Shown one piece after another: positions 59,181-64,000 of a stretch of 64,000 nucleotides of DNA. The translations under genes were made by a program, and so were the position numbers. This stretch comes from Patescibacteria group bacterium. Its GTDB lineage: Bacteria; Patescibacteriota; Microgenomatia; UBA12405. The notes below the pieces were generated by a model that saw nothing but the letters and a program-made list of their open reading frames with translations, did no database searches and was not told the origin of the DNA. The stretch's first letter is position 1; every line of letters starts with the position of its first letter. The stretch lies in contig JBMNON010000004.1 of the NCBI GenBank assembly GCA_050943115.1, positions 2,447 to 66,446 of the forward strand. Reading direction: 5' to 3'.

Positions 59181-59786
59181 ATGTTCAGAGCTTCAACAAT
59201 ATTAAAAAACGCCCGTCTGGATAAAGACCTGGAAGTTAATGAAGTCGCCAAAAAGTTAAAAATTCCCTCAAAATATATCCAGGCAATTGAATCGGAGGAT
59301 ACTGTCTGTTTCCCGTCAGAGCCTTATTGCTCCCTTATCGTAAAAGATTACGCTGATTTTTTAGGTTTGAACGGGCAGGAAATCCTAAAATTATTCCGTA
59401 GGGATTTTGCCCAGAAGAAAAAAGTAAAAACCGCCAAAAAAGAGTTCTTTTCCTTTACCCCTCAGTTCACCTTTACCGCTTCCATAGTATTTTTTACTCT
59501 CATATTTGCTGCTTACTTAACGTCAGAATACATCAAATTCAACAGTCCGCCTAAACTAAAAATTGAAGCTCCGCATGAAGCCGTCCTTGGTTCTTATATT
59601 GAAGTTTCCGGTAATACCGATCCGGAGTCGGCAGTGAGAATCAATCAGGACTTGGTTATTGTAGATCAAAACGGAAACTTTAATAAAAAGGTCTTGGTGA
59701 ATAATACCAATACCAAAATATTTGTGGAATCCAAATCTCCCAGCGGTAAGGTAACAACTCAGGAAATGATTGTTAATTCCAGGTAA
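59181..59786 (+). CDS. RodZ-like HTH membrane protein (N-terminal XRE-type HTH, TM, extracytoplasmic C-domain).
   Basis: ILKNARLDKDLEVNEVAKKLKIPSKYIQAIE is an HTH_25/RodZ-type start. Central TM (IVFFTLIFAAYLT); 201 aa. Confidence 0.5.
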   Translation: MFRASTILKNARLDKDLEVNEVAKKLKIPSKYIQAIESEDTVCFPSEPYCSLIVKDYADFLGLNGQEILKLFRRDFAQKKKVKTAKKEFFSFTPQFTFTASIVFFTLIFAAYLTSEYIKFNSPPKLKIEAPHEAVLGSYIEVSGNTDPESAVRINQDLVIVDQNGNFNKKVLVNNTNTKIFVESKSPSGKVTTQEMIVNSR

Positions 59787-59820
59787 TGACAAAAAAACAT
59801 AAAACCTTTATACTGGTTTC

Positions 59821-60072
59821 ATGGACTCTACACAGATAATAATTCTCCTTTCAATAGTTTCTATTTCGATAGTTGTCATTGTCGGGGGCGTTTGGTTCAT
59901 TATGATTCTTAGGGAACTTAAAACCACCATTTTCAAGGCCAATAGTATTCTGGATGATACTAAACTTATAACATCTTCGGTGGCCCAACCTGTTTCCTCT
60001 GTATCCGAATTTATTATGGGTTTCAAAAATGGCCTCAACCTGTTTAACACTCTCTTCAAAAAGGAGGCATAA
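59821..60072 (+). CDS. Small N-terminally anchored membrane protein (DUF948-like).
   Basis: TM IIILLSIVSISIVVIVGGVWFIMIL followed by a helical segment; 83 aa. Confidence 0.35.
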   Translation: MDSTQIIILLSIVSISIVVIVGGVWFIMILRELKTTIFKANSILDDTKLITSSVAQPVSSVSEFIMGFKNGLNLFNTLFKKEA

Positions 60073-60399
60073 GTGAGTTCTAACCGTCAAGAATGTAATA
60101 ACGATAGCACGAGTAGCTTTTTGTTTGGCCTGCTCCTCGGTGCCATAATCGGTGCGTTGATTGCAATTATCATCTACAAAAATAATAAATCAGAAGTCCT
60201 GTCTGATTTTCAGAAAAAAATTCAGGAGATAGTCGGTAAATTTACCAATCCGACAAGTTCTTCATCCCCAAAAGAAACCGCATCTTTCTTGCCAAAACCC
60301 CCGTCCCCAAAAACGCAAATTTCCACCCAAACCTCGCCGCCCTCGACTTCTTCAAAAAGAAAAACTACCCCAAAAATGTTCATTAAGCCCAAAAGATAG
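60073..60399 (+). CDS. YtxH-like small membrane protein with Ser/Pro/Lys-rich tail (GTG start).
   Basis: FLFGLLLGAIIGALIAIII glycine-zipper TM typical of the YtxH domain; 108 aa. Confidence 0.4.
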   Translation: MSSNRQECNNDSTSSFLFGLLLGAIIGALIAIIIYKNNKSEVLSDFQKKIQEIVGKFTNPTSSSSPKETASFLPKPPSPKTQISTQTSPPSTSSKRKTTPKMFIKPKR

Positions 60400-60425
60400 C
60401 AGCTTCTTTTGTTATAATCACTTTT

Positions 60426-62204
60426 ATGAAAGCCAGGGAACTAAAAGATAAGTTCATTCACTTTTTCGTTTCAAAAAATCATCAGGAAATCCCTAGTGCC
60501 CCCCTTGTCCCCGAAAACGATCCCACTACTCTCTTTATTTCGGCAGGCATGCACCCTCTGGTTCCGTATTTGCTTGGCCAAAAACATCCCCTCGGCAAGC
60601 GCCTTGTAAACGTCCAAAAATGCGTTAGGACTGGAGATATTGAAGACGTTGGCGATACCTATCATCACACCTTTTTTGAAATGCTTGGCAACTGGTCGCT
60701 GGGGGACTATTTTAAAGATGAAATGATTCCCTGGAGCTATGAGTTTCTGACAAAGGAATTAGGAGTTGACCCAAACCATTTACACGTCACCTGCTTTGAA
60801 GGAGATGTTGATGCTCCCCGGGACGAAGAGAGTGCCGCCATTTGGAAAAGAATGGGCTTGGCCGATAAACAAATTCATTTTCTGCCAAAAGAGGATAATT
60901 GGTGGGGCCCGGCAGGAACACAGGGTCCCTGTGGTCCTGATACTGAAATGTTTATTGACTTAAAACCGGAACTTCCTCATCAGGAGTTCAAAGAAGCTTG
61001 CCATCAGGGACGCTATATCGAAATTTGGAATGACGTTTTCATGGAGTACAACAAAACCGCAACGGGTACATATGAAACCCTTAGCCAGAAAAACGTAGAC
61101 ACCGGTATGGGTGTGGAGAGAACTACTGCTATTCTTTCGGGACTTTCTGATAATTACCTGTCACCAATCTGGCAGCCTATAATTATCAAAATTGAAGAAG
61201 TGTCCGGCAAATCGTACGCTACACCTGAAAACCAAAGACCGATAAGAGTAATTGCCGACCATCTTCGTTCAGCAGTTTTCATTATTGCCGACGGAATTGA
61301 GCCTTCCAACAAAGAAGCCGGCTACGTTCTTAGACGCCTAATCAGACGTGCTATCCGCCAGGCAAAGTTGCTGGGAGTCAGCACAAATTTCACCATGGAA
61401 ATTGCTAAATCAGTTTTGGACAATCAGGATAATTACGCCGGAACTTATCCTGAATTAGATCATTTCAGAGACAAGATCTTAACCGCTCTTGATGGCGAGG
61501 AGAATAAATTCAGGCGTACCCTCGATAATGGACTAAAAGAAATTAACAGGCTTATTAGCCGCCATCAAACCATATCGGGTACCGATGCTTTTAAAATTTA
61601 TGAAAGTTATGGATTCCCCCTGGAAATGATAATCGAAGAGTTGTCAAAAAACGGCCAATCATTAAATGTCGAAGAGTTTAATCAAGCCAAACTAGCCCAC
61701 CAGGAAAAATCCAGAACCCTCTCCTCTGGTAAGTTTAAGAGCGGTCTGTCGGACCAGTCGGAAGTTGTAACCAAATACCATACGGCCACCCATCTTCTTC
61801 ACGCCTCTCTTCGAAAAATATTAGGTAAAGAGGTTCGTCAGGTTGGCTCGAATATTACCAGGGAGCGTCTTCGTTTTGACTTCACTTACCCTGAAAAGTT
61901 GAGTCGGGAACTACTCGAATCTATCCAGAAATTAGTAAATGAAAAAATTAATGAATCTTTACCGGTAACGTGCCGTAATTTGCCCTACCGTCAAGCTATA
62001 GACGAAGGCGCCCTTGCTTTCTTTGAGGGTAAATACCCAGAAAATGTTTCGGTGTATACAATCGGCGAAGGCGATAATATTTTCTCAAAAGAAGTTTGTA
62101 CCGGACCCCATGTTGCCAACACAAAAACTCTTGGGAGCTTGGAAATTACCAAAGAAGAATCAGCCGGTTCAGGCAAAAGACGAATATACGCCACTCTTAA
62201 ATAG
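60426..62204 (+). CDS. alaS: Alanyl-tRNA synthetase, truncated form (catalytic, tRNA-recognition and editing domains; no C-Ala/oligomerisation domain).
   Basis: FHEMLGNWSLGDYFK-type class II core and the editing HTATHLLHASL...CTGPHV (HxxxH...CxxxH). It ends at 592 aa, whereas canonical AlaRS is about 870 aa. Confidence 0.85.
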   Translation: MKARELKDKFIHFFVSKNHQEIPSAPLVPENDPTTLFISAGMHPLVPYLLGQKHPLGKRLVNVQKCVRTGDIEDVGDTYHHTFFEMLGNWSLGDYFKDEMIPWSYEFLTKELGVDPNHLHVTCFEGDVDAPRDEESAAIWKRMGLADKQIHFLPKEDNWWGPAGTQGPCGPDTEMFIDLKPELPHQEFKEACHQGRYIEIWNDVFMEYNKTATGTYETLSQKNVDTGMGVERTTAILSGLSDNYLSPIWQPIIIKIEEVSGKSYATPENQRPIRVIADHLRSAVFIIADGIEPSNKEAGYVLRRLIRRAIRQAKLLGVSTNFTMEIAKSVLDNQDNYAGTYPELDHFRDKILTALDGEENKFRRTLDNGLKEINRLISRHQTISGTDAFKIYESYGFPLEMIIEELSKNGQSLNVEEFNQAKLAHQEKSRTLSSGKFKSGLSDQSEVVTKYHTATHLLHASLRKILGKEVRQVGSNITRERLRFDFTYPEKLSRELLESIQKLVNEKINESLPVTCRNLPYRQAIDEGALAFFEGKYPENVSVYTIGEGDNIFSKEVCTGPHVANTKTLGSLEITKEESAGSGKRRIYATLK

Positions 62205-62237
62205 AGCATCAGCTCAAAATATTGTATCCTTATATAG

Positions 62238-64000
62238 ATGAACCAAACAAATTTTTGGTTGATTTCTATTGACGAAGGTATTGTCTCCGCTTCTTTAATC
62301 CTTCTTAAAGAAAGCAGTTTTTCCATCGCCGCCATAGGTGGTCAGGTGGAATGGCACCAGGAAGACGATACTTCTCTACTAACGGCAGTTGACGGCTCTT
62401 TGTCCCAAGCTGCACTTAAAGCCGGATTATCTGAGGATCAGGAACCGGAAAATGCCGCTTTTATTCTACCTCCTTTTTGGGTCGGATCCGATGGCAAGAT
62501 TGTTGCCGACAAAAAAAAGAATATCGAAAATTTATGTAAAACACTCAATCTTAAACCGATGGGTTTTATTGCCAATGATGAAGCTGTTGTTGAAGAAGCC
62601 AATCTTAGGGATGGTTTTCCCGTCAGCTTTGTTTTACTTAACCTAAGTCAAAGCAGTATAACTATATCCTTAGTATATTTGGGCAAGATCAAAGAAAGGA
62701 TAAAAAAACCCATGCCCAATGAATTCAATCCGTCCTTAGTTGAATCTGCCTTAATAGAATTAAATTCCGAATCAACCCTGCCGCCACAAATACTAGTCTT
62801 TGGCCAAGCCGATGACAATATTATAAACTTACTTAAAAATTACCCCTGGATAGGTAAAAAGGATACTGAAACATTTTTACATTTTCCCGATATTAATCTG
62901 GTTTCCCAGGAAAGCGTCACCAAGATTTATTCCTCGGTTATTGCGTCCCAGATAAACCCCGGAAGCCTCAAAGCATCAGTGCCTATTCCTGCCAGCCGGC
63001 TTGACTCCGAATACAAAACTGAGATAGAACCTGACTCACCTGAAAGTGAACCAGGCCCTTCTGATGACGGACTTGATTACCCGCCCTCTGTTGATACATC
63101 AGAAATCACAGAAAGTTTCTCGTCATTCGACAAGCCGATAAAATTAGCCCAGGAAATCAAGGAAGTTCCTCCTCAAGATCTTGGATTTTCTGTCTCCGAC
63201 TATGACAAACCTCTTGATGATGTCAAGCCTGTCCAGGAAGAGACCTTGCCCTTAATAAACCAACCGGTCTTGGATACACCGTCTGAAACATCTCTTGACA
63301 ATATCCCTATTCCCCAAAAGAAAAAGCTTAATTTGTCTTTACCCAAAATAAATTTCCCTAAATTGAAATTACCGAAATTAAAATTAGCCGGTAGGCTGGT
63401 TTTTATTCTTCCTGCCCTATCTCCCTTACTTCTTCTTATACCTTTCTTTTTCTCGAAGGCAGATATCCGTCTTTTCGTCACCCCTTTTGAATTCGACTAC
63501 GTTAATAATGTTATTTTGGATACTGCAGCAGTCGGTTTCAATAGTAGTCAGAACATTATTCCTGCAGAAAACAAGACCTTAGAATTCACAGTTTCCGACA
63601 GCGTCCCTACCACCGGAGAAAAAACTGTTGGAGAAAAGGCTCAGGGAGAAATCACAATTTATAACAAACAAGACAGAAATCAATCTCTTAAACAGGGAAC
63701 AATCCTGATCGACTCTGATGGTCGGAATTATGAGTTGGTCAACGATGTCTCCGTGGCTTCCAGTAGTTCAGATTTGGATGAAGGCGTTATCAATTTAGGT
63801 CAAACAAAAGCCCTTGTAATTGCCGCCGACATAGGTCCCGAATATAACCTACCCAAAGATGCCAGACTCACTTTTAAAGAACACTCAGATGGAGCCTTAA
63901 TCGCCAAGGCTACCGATCCGTTCGTTGGTGGTAGTAAACGCCAAATAAAGGCCGTAAGCAAAGAGGATAAAACAGCTCTCGAACAAAGGCTTGACTCCAC
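62238..64000 (+). CDS. Large membrane protein, 3'-truncated by the window edge: cytoplasmic N-domain, acidic/Pro-rich disordered region, single TM, extracytoplasmic domain.
   Basis: ORF open from ATG 62238 to the window end (not in the track because there is no stop). TM LVFILPALSPLLLLIPFFF around codon 390. The off-frame 62389..62646 ORF is internal to it. Confidence 0.45.
   Translation, partial: MNQTNFWLISIDEGIVSASLILLKESSFSIAAIGGQVEWHQEDDTSLLTAVDGSLSQAALKAGLSEDQEPENAAFILPPFWVGSDGKIVADKKKNIENLCKTLNLKPMGFIANDEAVVEEANLRDGFPVSFVLLNLSQSSITISLVYLGKIKERIKKPMPNEFNPSLVESALIELNSESTLPPQILVFGQADDNIINLLKNYPWIGKKDTETFLHFPDINLVSQESVTKIYSSVIASQINPGSLKASVPIPASRLDSEYKTEIEPDSPESEPGPSDDGLDYPPSVDTSEITESFSSFDKPIKLAQEIKEVPPQDLGFSVSDYDKPLDDVKPVQEETLPLINQPVLDTPSETSLDNIPIPQKKKLNLSLPKINFPKLKLPKLKLAGRLVFILPALSPLLLLIPFFFSKADIRLFVTPFEFDYVNNVILDTAAVGFNSSQNIIPAENKTLEFTVSDSVPTTGEKTVGEKAQGEITIYNKQDRNQSLKQGTILIDSDGRNYELVNDVSVASSSSDLDEGVINLGQTKALVIAADIGPEYNLPKDARLTFKEHSDGALIAKATDPFVGGSKRQIKAVSKEDKTALEQRLDS

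Noticed and set aside
1-64000. tRNA, rRNA, CRISPR arrays, IS/transposase, integrase, phage genes
   Set aside because: I scanned all intergenic spacers over 60 nt (1245-1471, 8581-8660, 9885-9988, 32584-32715, 35041-35122, 39921-39991, 45505-45621, 46609-46665, 49237-49327). None has a cloverleaf-compatible GC-rich ~75-nt segment, spaced direct repeats or terminal inverted repeats. No transposase or integrase motifs appear in any ORF.

Overview
This 64 kb window is low-GC, gene-dense, has small intergenic spaces and carries streamlined versions of universal proteins (short IF-2, MetRS, AlaRS, NusA). By inference it comes from a small-genome bacterium, most likely of the Candidate Phyla Radiation / Patescibacteria type. 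I found about 60 protein-coding genes and no rRNA, tRNA, CRISPR or IS elements.

Supported operons:
- korAB, a two-subunit 2-oxoacid:ferredoxin oxidoreductase
- map-folD
- gatCAB
- hrcA-grpE-dnaK-dnaJ
- nusA-infB ... rpsO-pnp
- rnj-proS-ftsK
- plus metG, rpsT, murJ, a FemAB-family gene, dut-alr, rmuC, sodA and tatD

The accessory content is cell-surface biology:
(a) A sortase (3823-5145) has an unusual Cys-rich N-terminal module joined through a long Pro/Thr linker to the catalytic domain.
(b) At least four secreted proteins carry the same Pro/Thr-rich linkers, and two of them have C-terminal anchor-like tails.
(c) A PilN/PilO-like pair lies immediately upstream of the two largest of these surface proteins.
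(d) An 8.6 kb glycosylation locus (17371-25963) encodes a UbiA-family DPPR-synthase-like prenyl-phosphate pentosyltransferase, a PAP2 phosphatase, a HAD phosphatase, a GT4 enzyme and three large GT-C-type membrane glycosyltransferases, two PMT/ArnT-like and one DUF2298 'YYY' protein.

Together these suggest a lipid-linked pentose (mycobacterial decaprenyl-P-arabinose-like) route that decorates the envelope, and perhaps O-glycosylates the Pro/Thr linkers.

Other oddities:
- a stand-alone Lon AAA+ module with no protease domain
- a UvrD helicase fused to an Fe-S RecB-type nuclease
- a membrane sensor fused to an OmpR-type winged helix
- a degenerate DHH protein where rbfA/truB would normally sit
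- a possibly frameshifted gene at 8661-9090
- several GC-rich perfect palindromes acting as terminator or attenuator hairpins

All calls rest on reading motifs by eye; no searches were run.
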